NCBI GenBank assembly: GCA_036504035.1
Contig: DASXVV010000006.1
Coordinates: 270,133-334,132 of the forward strand
DNA: 64,000 nt
Direction of reading: 5' to 3'
From: Candidatus Deferrimicrobiaceae bacterium
Lineage (GTDB): Bacteria; Desulfobacterota; Deferrimicrobia; Deferrimicrobiales; Deferrimicrobiaceae
In this document: in pieces, positions 1-9,342 of the stretch
Layout: the number at the start of each line of letters is the position of its first letter
Numbering within the stretch: the stretch's first letter is position 1
Notes under the pieces: model-generated
What the model was told of the DNA's origin: nothing
The model's database searches: none
What the model saw: only the letters and a program-made list of their open reading frames with translations
Program-made: the position numbers and the translations under genes

Positions 1-429
1 CGGCGTCGTGATCGATTTCGGCGCCAGCGACAGCAGGATGATCCGCTCGCCGCCGCATGCCCGCGCGATGCCGACCGCGCTCGCGACGGCGCCCAGCGAC
101 CCGATCGACAGCGAGACGAGGATGGGTGCGAAGGCATTTCGAATTCGCGCGACTTCCCGGTAGAGCGGGATCGCCAACGCGACGGTGGCCGGGCCCAGCA
201 TGAAGTGGATGAAGCGCGCCCCGCTGAAATAGGTCGAATAGTCGGCGCCGCTCGCCTTGAGCAGGGCGACGAGGAGGACCACCGCGGTCAGCACCGGGTT
301 GAGCAGCGGGTGGCATCCGAACCGCTGGAAGAGCCACGAGCCCGCCTGGTAGGCGACCAGCGTCGCGGTCAGCCACAGGAGCGGCGTGCCCGAAAGCAGC
401 GCCCAGAGTTGCGACAGCGCCACGCTCAC
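1..429 (-). CDS. lrgB: LrgB/CidB-family murein hydrolase modulator, N-terminal ~143 aa; the 3' end lies beyond the window start
   Basis: My minus-strand translation gives VSVALSQLWALLSGTPLLWLTATLVAYQAGSWLFQRFGCHPLLNPVLTAV...MLGPATVALAIPLY, the LrgB signature. The GTG start overlaps the lrgA TGA stop (GTGA). Confidence 0.6.
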   Translation of the reverse strand, partial: MSVALSQLWALLSGTPLLWLTATLVAYQAGSWLFQRFGCHPLLNPVLTAVVLLVALLKASGADYSTYFSGARFIHFMLGPATVALAIPLYREVARIRNAFAPILVSLSIGSLGAVASAVGIARACGGERIILLSLAPKSITTP

Positions 430-794
430 GACTCCCCCGCCTCCTTGCCTCGGGTTCCGCGCCGCATCGCGCGCTGCATGACGACCCCGGTCAAGGCGAT
501 CGTCAATGCGGTCCCTATGACGATTGCGCCGGCGAAGGCGGCGAAGGAGCGGGCCAGCACGTCGAACTGAGTGACGATGCCGACGCCAGCGGGCACGAAC
601 AGCAGCGGCAGGGTCTTCAGCAGGAATCCGCCCGACGCCTCGAGCCCCTCCGGCAGCCGCCCCCGGATCAGCAGCCCGCAAAACAGGATCACCATCCCGA
701 TCACCGGCCCGGGCACCGGCAGCCGCGCCAGCTTCGCGACGATCTCGCCCGCAAGCTGGCAGAGGAGGATCAGCGTCAGGTAGCCCAAGGTCAT
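426..794 (-). CDS. lrgA: LrgA/CidA holin-like protein
   Basis: 122-aa ORF MTLGYLTLILLCQLAGEIVAKLARLPVPGPVIGMVILF, with 4 predicted TM helices. It sits directly upstream of the lrgB-like gene. Confidence 0.7.
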   Translation of the reverse strand: MTLGYLTLILLCQLAGEIVAKLARLPVPGPVIGMVILFCGLLIRGRLPEGLEASGGFLLKTLPLLFVPAGVGIVTQFDVLARSFAAFAGAIVIGTALTIALTGVVMQRAMRRGTRGKEAGES

Positions 795-816
795 CGACTC
801 CTCTCCTCGGGAAACC

Positions 817-1251
817 TCATTTTCCGATGGCGATCAGCACGCTGCACGGCGCGCACTCGAGCAGCGACATGCCGACCGATCCCTTCCACCAGCGCGCCGC
901 GAACGCGCTCTGCTTCCGATGGCCGAGCACGATCAGGTCCGTGCCTAACGATTCGGCCATTCGGCAGATCGCCTCGACCGGTTCCCCGAAGGCGAGGTGT
1001 CCCTGGGCGGCGTATCCGCCCCGGGTCAGCAGCGAGACGCCCTCGTCGACGATCTCCTGGAACCGCTGCCTTTCCGACGTCATCACGCTTTCGGGCACAT
1101 ACCCTTCCGACAGGAAAACGCCCGACGGGATGCGCATTACCGCGAGCAGGTGAAGCTCGGCATGGAGCAGCGGCGCGATCTCGCCGCACTCGAGCAGCGC
1201 CACGCGCCCCTCCCGAGTCCCGTCATACGCCAGCAGGATCTTCCGGACCAT
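817..1251 (-). CDS. Universal stress protein (UspA family)
   Basis: MVRKILLAYDGTREG...LIVLGHRKQSAFAARWWKGSVGMSLLECAPCSVLIAIGK, typical USP motifs. The internal M start is chosen because the longer ORF overlaps the MFS gene. Confidence 0.7.
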   Translation of the reverse strand: MVRKILLAYDGTREGRVALLECGEIAPLLHAELHLLAVMRIPSGVFLSEGYVPESVMTSERQRFQEIVDEGVSLLTRGGYAAQGHLAFGEPVEAICRMAESLGTDLIVLGHRKQSAFAARWWKGSVGMSLLECAPCSVLIAIGK

Positions 1252-2632
1252 GGTGATTCCCTCCCCTTCGCATGAAAAAGGCCGGCAGCAGCGCCAGGCC
1301 AAAGATGAGCGCCGCCATCAGGAACGCGTCCCGGAACCCTGCGACACGGGCGCCTTCCCTCGAAGCGGCGTGATATGCGATGCGCCAATCCAGCACCGCG
1401 GAGAGCAGCGTGACACCGAACGCCCCGCCCAGCAGGCGAACAAAATTGATCGCGCCGGAGCCCTGGTTCAAAAGCTCCGGAGAAAGGGTCTGGACCGCCC
1501 CCGCGTTCAGCGCCGGGATGACCAATCCGAGGCCGATCCGGCCCAGGACGATCCACCAGGCCAGCGCCGCGAAGGACGTGGCCGCATCCACCCGCCCGAA
1601 CAGGGCGAAGGAGACGCCGATGCCGGCAAGTCCCGATGAGACGATGAGCCAAGCCGGATACCGGTCGGTGAGATGACCCGCAATGAAGATGGCGACGGCC
1701 AGCACCAGCCCGCCCGGCAGGAGCAGCAGCCCCGATCGCATCGGGTCGTAGCCCGACACGGTCTGGACGAGGAGCGGGATCAGGTAGGTGGAGCCGTAGA
1801 TCCCGACTCCGTAGACGAACGAGACAGCCGCCGCAGCGGCGAATTGCCGATTCGAGAAGATGCGCAGGTCGAGCAGCGGCTTCCTGCACCGGACCTCCCG
1901 CACGACGAACCCGGCCCCCGCGGCCAACGACGCGACAATCAGGAGAAGCGTCGCTCCGGACAGCCAGCCGGCGCTCCGGCCCGACCGCAGGGAGGCGAAC
2001 AACGCCAGGATGAACCCCGAAAGGAGGGCAAAGCCGGGAGCGTCGAATGCCGGTCGCTCACCCCGCTCCTCCCGGCCCGGGAGATATTTCGCCGCCATCA
2101 ACACGCCGACGAGACAAAAGGGGAGGACGGCGAAGAAGACCGACCGCCACCCGAAGGCCAGGGTCATCAGGCCGCCGGCAGCGGGACCGATCGCAGGGGA
2201 CAGCACCACCGCGAGCCCGTAGAGCCCCATGGCGCGCCCCCGCTGGTCGTACGGGAATACCTGGAAGATGACGATCATCGCCAACGGCTGGACCACGCCG
2301 CCCGCCGCCCCCTGGACGATCCGTGCCAGTGTCACGGCGTTCGGGCCGCCGGCCGTGCCGCCTGCGATCGATGCCGCGAAGAAAACGGCCATGGTCGCGA
2401 GATAGGTTGCCCGAATCCCGAAAGCGCGAACGCACCAGGAAGTCAGAAGCATGGTGGCGGCCATGGCGCCGATGAAGCCGGTCGAAAGCCACTGGGCCTG
2501 GTCCTGCCCCATGCGGAACTCGGCCATGATCGCGGGAATCGACACGTTGATGATCGTCGTGGCGAGCACCATCGAGGAAGTGGCGAGCATGACCGCGGCC
2601 ACGGCAAACCACCGCTCGCGCGCCGATTTCAT
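1223..2632 (-). CDS. MFS transporter, DHA2 (EmrB/QacA-like) 14-TMS drug:H+ antiporter family
   Basis: Starts MKSARERWFAVAAVMLATSSMVLATTIINVSIPAIMAEF; hydrophobic throughout with MFS motifs. The start at 2632 abuts the DUF1003 stop at 2629. Confidence 0.75.
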   Translation of the reverse strand: MKSARERWFAVAAVMLATSSMVLATTIINVSIPAIMAEFRMGQDQAQWLSTGFIGAMAATMLLTSWCVRAFGIRATYLATMAVFFAASIAGGTAGGPNAVTLARIVQGAAGGVVQPLAMIVIFQVFPYDQRGRAMGLYGLAVVLSPAIGPAAGGLMTLAFGWRSVFFAVLPFCLVGVLMAAKYLPGREERGERPAFDAPGFALLSGFILALFASLRSGRSAGWLSGATLLLIVASLAAGAGFVVREVRCRKPLLDLRIFSNRQFAAAAAVSFVYGVGIYGSTYLIPLLVQTVSGYDPMRSGLLLLPGGLVLAVAIFIAGHLTDRYPAWLIVSSGLAGIGVSFALFGRVDAATSFAALAWWIVLGRIGLGLVIPALNAGAVQTLSPELLNQGSGAINFVRLLGGAFGVTLLSAVLDWRIAYHAASREGARVAGFRDAFLMAALIFGLALLPAFFMRRGGNHHGPEDPAGV

Positions 2633-3099
2633 TCCTGGTCCGCCTCCCCTTCCATCCGTTTCAAAATCCGCAGGATCAGGTCGTTCTGTTGCTCGAGGTG
2701 CAGGAGGATCGCCTCGATCTCCCGCTCGGCCTTCACGTTGACGTCGTAGTCGGATTCCGCCCGCTTTTCGGCGTGCCGGCCCTGCAGGTTCTGCCCGATC
2801 ATGATCAGCGGCATGAGGAAGATCTGGATCATGTTCGACAGGAACAGCCACAGGACGAACGCCGGGAACGGGTCGAAGCGCCATTCCTTCGGGGCCAGCG
2901 TGTTCCATCCCAGCCACGCGAAGGTCCAGCCGAAAATGACGAGGAAGAAGCCCATCGACCCCACATGGTCCGTCACCTTGACCGCGATCCTCTCGAGAGC
3001 GCTCATGCTCTCCCGGTGCCGGACGTTCACGTTGGGGATCGGCGGCCGCAGTCGGCGAAGTTCTTCGATGGTCGGGATCGTTCGTTTTTCCATGATCAA
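2629..3099 (-). CDS. DUF1003-family membrane protein
   Basis: 156 aa with two central TM helices (GFFLVIFGWTFAWLGWNTL...FVLWLFLSNMIQIFLMPLIMIGQN) and a charged C-terminus, the DUF1003 architecture. Confidence 0.55.
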   Translation of the reverse strand: MIMEKRTIPTIEELRRLRPPIPNVNVRHRESMSALERIAVKVTDHVGSMGFFLVIFGWTFAWLGWNTLAPKEWRFDPFPAFVLWLFLSNMIQIFLMPLIMIGQNLQGRHAEKRAESDYDVNVKAEREIEAILLHLEQQNDLILRILKRMEGEADQE

Positions 3100-3103
3100 C
3101 CCT

Positions 3104-3901
3104 TCATCGGACGAGATGCATTTCCTTCAGGCATTTTTCGATCAACACAAATCCCATGCCGGAGAACTTGTCCTTGAAGACGGCCGCGTTGTCCGCGAAC
3201 ACGCGCTTCGGGTCTCCGACATTCACGTAGTCGTAGTTCCGGGTCCGGCCGATGACCTTCCCGGTCTTTCCGTCCACCAACTTCGTCGTGACCTGCAGCA
3301 ACAGGTCGGTCCACATCAGCTCGTAATTGATGATCCCGATTTCCAGGAATGCATCGGGCTTCGCCCCCTCTTCACCAGGCGCCGCCTCCCGGGCATCCGC
3401 GTTGTACCAAGCGCGCAGCGGGGCATACCAGTTTTCCATCAGCGCCGTCGTTCTTCGGTCCACGATTCCCGGCAGCATCCGGACGCCAGGCCTCAACCGG
3501 GTTTCGCACCCGCCCTGCCCGTTCAACCGGTCTGTCGCGCGCTTCGCCAGGATCTCCGTAGGGATCCAGGCCTCCCCCTTCGCGAGGATCTCCTGGTAAC
3601 TTTCCGACCGGGTCTTCGCCGTGTGCAGCTCCTCGGGCAGTTTCACCAGAATCACGATCCCGTAGAGGAGGCCGAGCCCCCCGCCCCCGGGACCGGAAGC
3701 GCCCGACAGGAGCGACAATCCCCCGGACTGGAAATAGTCCCCCGTGACGGTCAGCGGCGGAGGCTCGATGGCGACGACTTCGATCGAGCGGATTTGCGAG
3801 AGGCGTTCCTTCGGGGGTATCACCTGCAAGGAGACGCAGCCCGACAGCGAAAAGACGAGCCCCCCGATCAGCAGCGAAATCGACACGGCCCCAGCTCTCA
3901 T
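3104..3901 (-). CDS. Hypothetical lipoprotein
   Basis: MRAGAVSISLLIGGLVFSLSGC lipobox signal peptide; a Gly-rich segment follows. No family recognised. Confidence 0.45.
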   Translation of the reverse strand: MRAGAVSISLLIGGLVFSLSGCVSLQVIPPKERLSQIRSIEVVAIEPPPLTVTGDYFQSGGLSLLSGASGPGGGGLGLLYGIVILVKLPEELHTAKTRSESYQEILAKGEAWIPTEILAKRATDRLNGQGGCETRLRPGVRMLPGIVDRRTTALMENWYAPLRAWYNADAREAAPGEEGAKPDAFLEIGIINYELMWTDLLLQVTTKLVDGKTGKVIGRTRNYDYVNVGDPKRVFADNAAVFKDKFSGMGFVLIEKCLKEMHLVR

Positions 3902-3924
3902 CGCGCACCTCCTTCGGGATTTCG

Positions 3925-4614
3925 TCAGAACAGGCTTCCCACCACGGGATCCTGCCGCCGGACGCACTCCTCGCCCTCGGCCGCCGGACTGTTTACGAGC
4001 GTCGAGACGGGATAAGACTCCATCGCTTCGGCGGGGAACGGCGCCATCAGCGCGACCAGCTCCGCGGAAACGGCGGCGGTCGTGTCGAGCCAGAGGGCAT
4101 AATCGGCGGAAGGGATGATCACGGGCATCCGGTCATGGATGGGCGCCATCAAGGCGTTCGCGCCTGTCGTGAGGATCGCGAACGATTCGATCTCGCTGCC
4201 GTCCGCCCCCATCCATCCGTCCCAGATCGCGGCCAGCCCGAACAGCCCGCCGCCCTTGGGACGCACGAAATACGGCCGCTTCCCGTTGCCTTGCTTTTTC
4301 CACTCGAAGAAGCCGCTGGACGGGATCAGGCAGCGGTGGTGACGGAAGGGGCCGCGGAACGACGGCTTCTCGGCGATGCTCTCGGCGCGCGCGTTGATCG
4401 GACGGTTGGCGTGCAGCGGGTCCTTCGTCCAGTAGGGGACGAGCCCCCAATCGAGATGGGTGAACTCCCGGACCCCGGCAAGCCCCCGGCGCAAGACGAG
4501 CACGGGCTGGGACGGAGCGATGTTGTAGCGCGGCGCCATCGGAAAGCCGATGGTCGCCTCGAACTGTTGTTCCAGGGCGTATTCGGAATCGAAGAGCGCG
4601 AATCGTCCGCACAT
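3925..4614 (-). CDS. yedK: SOS-response-associated peptidase (SRAP / YedK / HMCES, DUF159)
   Basis: Begins MCGRFA; Cys2 is the catalytic residue used for the abasic-site DNA-protein crosslink. ~229 aa, the usual SRAP length. Confidence 0.8.
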   Translation of the reverse strand: MCGRFALFDSEYALEQQFEATIGFPMAPRYNIAPSQPVLVLRRGLAGVREFTHLDWGLVPYWTKDPLHANRPINARAESIAEKPSFRGPFRHHRCLIPSSGFFEWKKQGNGKRPYFVRPKGGGLFGLAAIWDGWMGADGSEIESFAILTTGANALMAPIHDRMPVIIPSADYALWLDTTAAVSAELVALMAPFPAEAMESYPVSTLVNSPAAEGEECVRRQDPVVGSLF

Positions 4615-4615
4615 G

Positions 4616-5068
4616 TCAAACGACCACCATGCAAATCCAGTCATTATTTTCATAGGCGTTTTCCATATAATCCGCCAAGCCCATCAGCATTTTGGAAATA
4701 CTGCCCTTTGCCTTGATGAATTCATTGATGGTTTTTGGCGATCGGTCAAAATGAAAATCAATGACTTTCAAAATATCGTTGCCTGTGCACCCGAGGACAT
4801 TTTCCGCTGCCTCTCGCAAATTATCCACAATGGTCCTGCCCTTGGTCCTTGAAATATGATTGATTTCGCTGCGGATATATTTCTTGAAATGTTTCTTGAC
4901 GATTCCTTCGATGACGACGAATGAATCCTCGTTTATGAATATTGAACTTTTACCCCAATCCTTGTCCGAATATCTTCCCGTCCCGATTTCTATATAGTTG
5001 GTCTCTTGCAATTTGGGTCTGTCCGAGTGTATCGCGTAGTTCCGGTCCACGATTCGCTTTGTTCTCAT
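4616..5068 (-). CDS. Hypothetical protein, AT-rich orphan (150 aa)
   Basis: MRTKRIVDRNYAIHSDRPKLQETNYIEIG...; GC content is far below the surrounding ~70%. Its stop lies 1 nt from the SRAP ATG. No recognisable domain. Confidence 0.5.
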   Translation of the reverse strand: MRTKRIVDRNYAIHSDRPKLQETNYIEIGTGRYSDKDWGKSSIFINEDSFVVIEGIVKKHFKKYIRSEINHISRTKGRTIVDNLREAAENVLGCTGNDILKVIDFHFDRSPKTINEFIKAKGSISKMLMGLADYMENAYENNDWICMVVV

Positions 5069-5256
5069 AAGTGTCCCTTATTTAAAATGTCGTTGCCGTG
5101 AAAATCTGGTCCGGCATCTGATCCCCCACCAACCCATTCCTGACGATCCCTCTGGTCAAATTACCGAAGAATGCGGGCCATGTCACGCGACGGACAGCCG
5201 ATTTGCTGGCGCGCTTCCCCGGCTCGTGCTGAAATAACCGGAGCGGAGGGCCCCCC

Positions 5257-6465
5257 ATGGATTTCGATCGGAATGACGTCGACGCGGCAAGGGAACGGGT
5301 CTACAAGTTGGCGTACGCCACGCCGCTGGTCGAGGAGACCGCGCTGTCCGAACAATTCGGCGGCCAGGTGCTTTCGAAGCTCGAGAACCTGCAGAACACC
5401 GGCTCGTTCAAGATCCGCGGAGCGGCCAACAAGCTCTTGTCGATGGACAAGTCGAAGGTGAAGGGCGTCGTCGCCTTCAGCGCGGGAAACCACGCCCGCG
5501 GCGTCGCCCGGGCGGCGCGCGCCGCGGGGATCCCGGCCACCCTCGTGATGCCGCTCTTCGCCCCGATCGCCAAGTCGGCGGCCGCGCAGCGCGAAGGGGG
5601 CGAGAACGTCCGGATCATCCTTCACGGCAACTCGTTCGACGAAGCCATGGAATACGCGCTGGCCCGGTCGGAGGAGGCCGGACTGACGGTCGTCCACCCG
5701 TACGACGACCCGGCGGTCATCGCGGGGCAGGGCACGATCGGGCTGGAGATCCTCGAGCGGATCGGCGCGCCGGGATCGATCTACGTGCCGGTCGGCGGCG
5801 GAGGGCTGTTCGCGGGCATCGCCGCGGCGATCAAGGAAGCGCACCCGTCGGTCGAGATGGTCGCGGTGCAGGCGAAGGGCGCCGCGTCGCTGCCCGATTC
5901 GCTTTCGGCCGGCCACCCGATGCCAGGCCCGGGCGCGTTCACGATCGCCGACGGGATCGCGGTGAAGTCGCCCTCCGAACGCACCTTCGAGGCGCTGCAG
6001 CGTTACGCGGACGACGTCGCGGTCGTCGACGACGAGGAGATCGCCGCCGCCATGCTGTTCGCCCTCGAAGACATGAAGACCACGCTCGAGGGGGCGGGCG
6101 CCGCCGCGCTCGCCGCGCTGATGTATCGCCGGCCGCCGAAGAAATTTCCCGTGGTGCTGATCCACTCGGGCGGCAACATCGACGTCAACTTCCTCGCGCA
6201 GGTCGTCGAGCGGGGGCTGTTCCGCTCGGGCCGCCTGCTCCGGCTGCGCTTCCTTGTGCAGGACCGCCCGGGGTCGCTCGCCGGCCTGCTCGCGGCGGTC
6301 GCCCGCGAACGCTCGAGCGTCGTCAGCATCGAGCACGACCGGTTGCCCGCCGACTGCCCGCCCGGGTTTTCGATGGTGGTCTTGCTGCTCGAGACGCGCG
6401 ACCGCGCCCACGGGGACGAGCTGATCGCCCGGTTGGCTCAGCAGGGGTATCCGGCGGTGTCGTAG
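5257..6465 (+). CDS. ilvA: Threonine dehydratase (threonine ammonia-lyase), PLP-dependent, with a C-terminal ACT-like regulatory domain
   Basis: SFKIRGA PLP-lysine motif and a GGGGL glycine loop. 402 aa, matching the short single-regulatory-domain IlvA/TdcB form. Confidence 0.85.
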   Translation: MDFDRNDVDAARERVYKLAYATPLVEETALSEQFGGQVLSKLENLQNTGSFKIRGAANKLLSMDKSKVKGVVAFSAGNHARGVARAARAAGIPATLVMPLFAPIAKSAAAQREGGENVRIILHGNSFDEAMEYALARSEEAGLTVVHPYDDPAVIAGQGTIGLEILERIGAPGSIYVPVGGGGLFAGIAAAIKEAHPSVEMVAVQAKGAASLPDSLSAGHPMPGPGAFTIADGIAVKSPSERTFEALQRYADDVAVVDDEEIAAAMLFALEDMKTTLEGAGAAALAALMYRRPPKKFPVVLIHSGGNIDVNFLAQVVERGLFRSGRLLRLRFLVQDRPGSLAGLLAAVARERSSVVSIEHDRLPADCPPGFSMVVLLLETRDRAHGDELIARLAQQGYPAVS

Positions 6466-6468
6466 CGC

Positions 6469-6777
6469 TCACTTCACGTAGTCGTCGAAGGAGTCCGGCG
6501 AGTACCCCTCGATCACCTCCCCGTTGATGATCACGATCGGCACGCCGAAATGCGCGGTGTACTCCTTCACCCGCTCGAAGGCGGCTTTGTCCTTCTCGAT
6601 ATCGTAGAGCTTGAAGGGGATCCTCTTCTTCCTGAAATACGCCTCGGCCTTCCGGCAGTTCGGGCACCAGGAGGTCCCGTAGATCTCCACTTTCGGGGTG
6701 GACTTTGCGGCCCCGTATCGTTCGGCCGCGACCAGGATCACTAACAGCACCGACAGGCAGAACATCGCTTTTCTCAT
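6469..6777 (-). CDS. Glutaredoxin-like protein with N-terminal signal peptide
   Basis: MRKAMFCLSVLLVILVAA signal peptide, then ...YGTSWCPNCRKAEAYF (CxxC thioredoxin-fold active site). Confidence 0.6.
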   Translation of the reverse strand: MRKAMFCLSVLLVILVAAERYGAAKSTPKVEIYGTSWCPNCRKAEAYFRKKRIPFKLYDIEKDKAAFERVKEYTAHFGVPIVIINGEVIEGYSPDSFDDYVK

Positions 6778-6783
6778 GGCTCC

Positions 6784-6918
6784 CTACTCCACATCCTCGG
6801 CGATCAGCTGGTTGAACGGCGCCTTCGTCCGTTCGACGTAATCGCCGTAGCTCATCCCGTCATCGCGCAGGACGTTGCAGTAGTTCCAGAGCTTCTGGAC
6901 GATCCCGGCCGGGGTCAT
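6784..6918 (-). pseudogene. hsdM: Remnant of the type I restriction-modification methyltransferase gene hsdM (N-terminal 44 codons only)
   Basis: Translation MTPAGIVQKLWNYCNVLRDDGMSYGDYVERTKAPFNQLIAEDVE*. The LWxxCxxLRDDGxSYxDYV block is the HsdM_N signature; the frame terminates straight afterwards. Confidence 0.55.
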
Positions 6919-6936
6919 CTTTGTCGCTCCTTGGTG

Positions 6937-7368
6937 CTATTCCGATTCCATGAACTGCCGGGGGGTATAGATCCGGAGCTGCCGCAGCGATCCGGGAAAC
7001 GTTCGCGGGTCGATTTCGAGTAGGTCTTTATCGCCGGTCATAAGGATATCGGCGCCAACGGCTCCGCAAAGGGAAAGATACGCGTCGTCCTTCGGGTCGC
7101 GGCACAACGACAGCTTTTCCGGAACCTCGACCATCCGACAGTGTCCGAACAGCGCTTTCCACAAGCCGGCGAGCTTTCCGGCGCGTTCGTGGCCGAACCG
7201 GCCGACAAGCTTTTCGACCGTCTTTTCGATTTTGCGGGCCGTATCCACGGACAAATAGACGGTACCGATCGCAAACGCCTTCCGAACAGCATCCAGCGGT
7301 ATACCCCCGTACGCGGCCGAAACGTAAACATTCGCGTCGAGAACAATCCGGAGACGGGATTCAGCCAT
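6937..7368 (-). CDS. PIN-domain toxin (VapC-like) of a type II toxin-antitoxin pair
   Basis: IVLDANVYVSAA...LMTGDKDLL, with PIN-type acidic residues. It overlaps the upstream Phd/YefM gene by 8 nt. Confidence 0.6.
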   Translation of the reverse strand: MAESRLRIVLDANVYVSAAYGGIPLDAVRKAFAIGTVYLSVDTARKIEKTVEKLVGRFGHERAGKLAGLWKALFGHCRMVEVPEKLSLCRDPKDDAYLSLCGAVGADILMTGDKDLLEIDPRTFPGSLRQLRIYTPRQFMESE

Positions 7369-7612
7369 AGATCGTCTTGCCGGCCCGCTTCAGAACCTTG
7401 AGCGCCTCGTCCTTCGTGATGCCGGATTCGCCCAGAATCATGCCGATGCCGAGCAGGAGATCTTCGGGCGACCCTTCCGGAACCGGAACGACGCGCGCGA
7501 TCGGTTTGCCATGCCGCGTGACGACGACTTCCTCCTCGCTCGCCAGCACACCCGTCAACTGCTCCTTGAACTCCCTGACTCCCATGAACCGAATCCCGGC
7601 CGCTTTGCTCAT
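7361..7612 (-). CDS. Phd/YefM-family antitoxin
   Basis: 83 aa, MSKAAGIRFMGVREFKEQLTGVL...VVVTRHGKPIARVVP, the Phd/YefM N-terminal signature. Confidence 0.7.
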   Translation of the reverse strand: MSKAAGIRFMGVREFKEQLTGVLASEEEVVVTRHGKPIARVVPVPEGSPEDLLLGIGMILGESGITKDEALKVLKRAGKTIYG

Positions 7613-8099
7613 CGTGTTCCCCCCATTGAGCCCACTTTACATGACAATGATCCCACATAAGAGGAACATCATCAACCGGGTTGCCGTGTTCGCAATTATC
7701 GGCCGATGTCTTCCAATATTTTCTTCATGTCCCGCAGGAAAACTTCGGCGTACTCTTCCCCGTGATAGGGGCTGTCGTCTTCCATCGCATATTGCGCACG
7801 ATAAATAGCATTCCATCAGTTCGAGAGCGGATTTACCTGAATGTCGAATCGGAGGATGACGACGTCTTTCCCGTCGTTCGAAGCGACCAACTCATACTCG
7901 CCGGCCACATCGACCACGAACGGCGTCACGGTCAGATTGATGTAACCTTCGTCTTCCCCCATCGGCCGGGGGGTCGGCACGTCGCCGCCCATGAGCACCT
8001 TGCCTTCGACATGGCGGATCGACAGGTGAACCGCATCGGAGAATGGCCCGAATCTTGTCCTCCCTCTGTCGAAATCGAATACACGGAGAAGGGCAGAAA

Positions 8100-8708
8100 A
8101 TGGAAACGGGAAACGACCTGGTTCTCATCATGCGAAAAATCGTGGTCATTCGCGGACATCGCGTCATGGTCGATGCCGATCTCGCCGAACTGTACGGTGT
8201 CCCGACATTCCGACTAAATGAAGCAGTCAAACGGAATCCGGACCGGTTTCCGGACGACTTCATGTTGCAGTTGACCATTGATGAACACGCGGCTTTGACA
8301 TCGCAAATTGCGATGTCAAAGCCCGGGCGTGGAGGACGGAGAACATTGCCTTACGTTTTCACCGAGCAAGGTGTCGCGATGCTGTCGAGCGTCCTCAGGA
8401 CCGACCGCGCCGTCCAGGTCAATATCGCCATCATGAGAGCATTCGTCGCGGTCCGTCAAACGTTGGCCACCAATCGTTCACTCGCGCGAAAACTCGAAGA
8501 CCTCGAGCGAAAATACGATGCCCGGTTCAAGATTGTCTTCGACGCCATCCGCGCACTCATGACTTCGCCCGACCCGCCTTCCCGCAAGATCGGGTTTTCA
8601 ATATCGCCGCGTCGGTCAACAGCCCGGTGTGTCACGCGACTTCGGAAATGCCGACCGGATCGTCGAATCGTCAGCCGCTGCTGCCGCCCTTCGTCGCCAT
8701 CTCCTTGA
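8100..8708 (+). CDS. ORF6N (KilA-N-like) domain protein
   Basis: [43 protein letters not shown] matches the ORF6N consensus. METGND is chosen as the start. Confidence 0.6.
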   Translation: METGNDLVLIMRKIVVIRGHRVMVDADLAELYGVPTFRLNEAVKRNPDRFPDDFMLQLTIDEHAALTSQIAMSKPGRGGRRTLPYVFTEQGVAMLSSVLRTDRAVQVNIAIMRAFVAVRQTLATNRSLARKLEDLERKYDARFKIVFDAIRALMTSPDPPSRKIGFSISPRRSTARCVTRLRKCRPDRRIVSRCCRPSSPSP

Positions 8709-9186
8709 AGAAGGCCTCGCCCCGCTTCGTCATCTCGGCCGGGGACACTTCCTCGACGTGCGTCGCCAGATCCCATTGATAGCCGAACGGATCCGCGAAC
8801 GTTCCCGTCCGGTCGCCCCAGAAGGCGTCGTTCACCGGGTGGATCAGCTTCCCGCCCGCGCCGATCGCCTTGCGGAACGCCTTGTCGACATCCTCGACGT
8901 AAAGGTAGATCGAACTGGTGGCGCCCCCCAGCGACTCCGGCGAGCGGGCTCCCATCCCGGGGAACTCGTCGGAGAGGAAGATCCTCGAGTCGCCGATCTG
9001 GAGGATGGCGTGCGCGACGGCCTTGCCGTCCGGCGTGTCCATCCTCGACAGGAGCTTCGCCCCGAGCGCCTTCTTGTAGAACTCGATCGCCTTGCCGGCA
9101 CCCTTGATCACAAGGCACGTCGTCACGGTGTGGTAGCCCTCCGGTACCGCAAGGACCGCCTCCCGCAGAACGCTCGCTGTTTTCAT
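8671..9186 (-). CDS. VOC-family (glyoxalase/bleomycin-resistance/PhnB-like) protein
   Basis: [43 protein letters not shown]...[22 protein letters not shown], the PhnB-like VOC fold. Confidence 0.7.
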   Translation of the reverse strand: MKTASVLREAVLAVPEGYHTVTTCLVIKGAGKAIEFYKKALGAKLLSRMDTPDGKAVAHAILQIGDSRIFLSDEFPGMGARSPESLGGATSSIYLYVEDVDKAFRKAIGAGGKLIHPVNDAFWGDRTGTFADPFGYQWDLATHVEEVSPAEMTKRGEAFFKEMATKGGSSG

Positions 9187-9342
9187 GGCCCTTCCCTCCA
9201 CGCTGCGCGTCCGCGCGCAGGACTGCTGTTGTTCGTTGATCTCGTGGAATTGGATGAGAAACGGAGGGTGGGCGTTGCCGCGGACGGAGTAAATCCACGG
9301 CGATCGCCTTGCGCGGCGAGAACGTCGGAGCGACGGCTTCGT

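Noticed and set aside
205-570. ORF 205-570 (+) and other short frames across the lrgAB region.
   Set aside because: They are antisense to the clearly identifiable LrgA and LrgB coding frames.
7816-7998. 60-aa ORF as an independent gene.
   Set aside because: No RBS, and the frame is interrupted directly downstream. More likely a fragment of a decayed gene (see the finding on 7613-8099).
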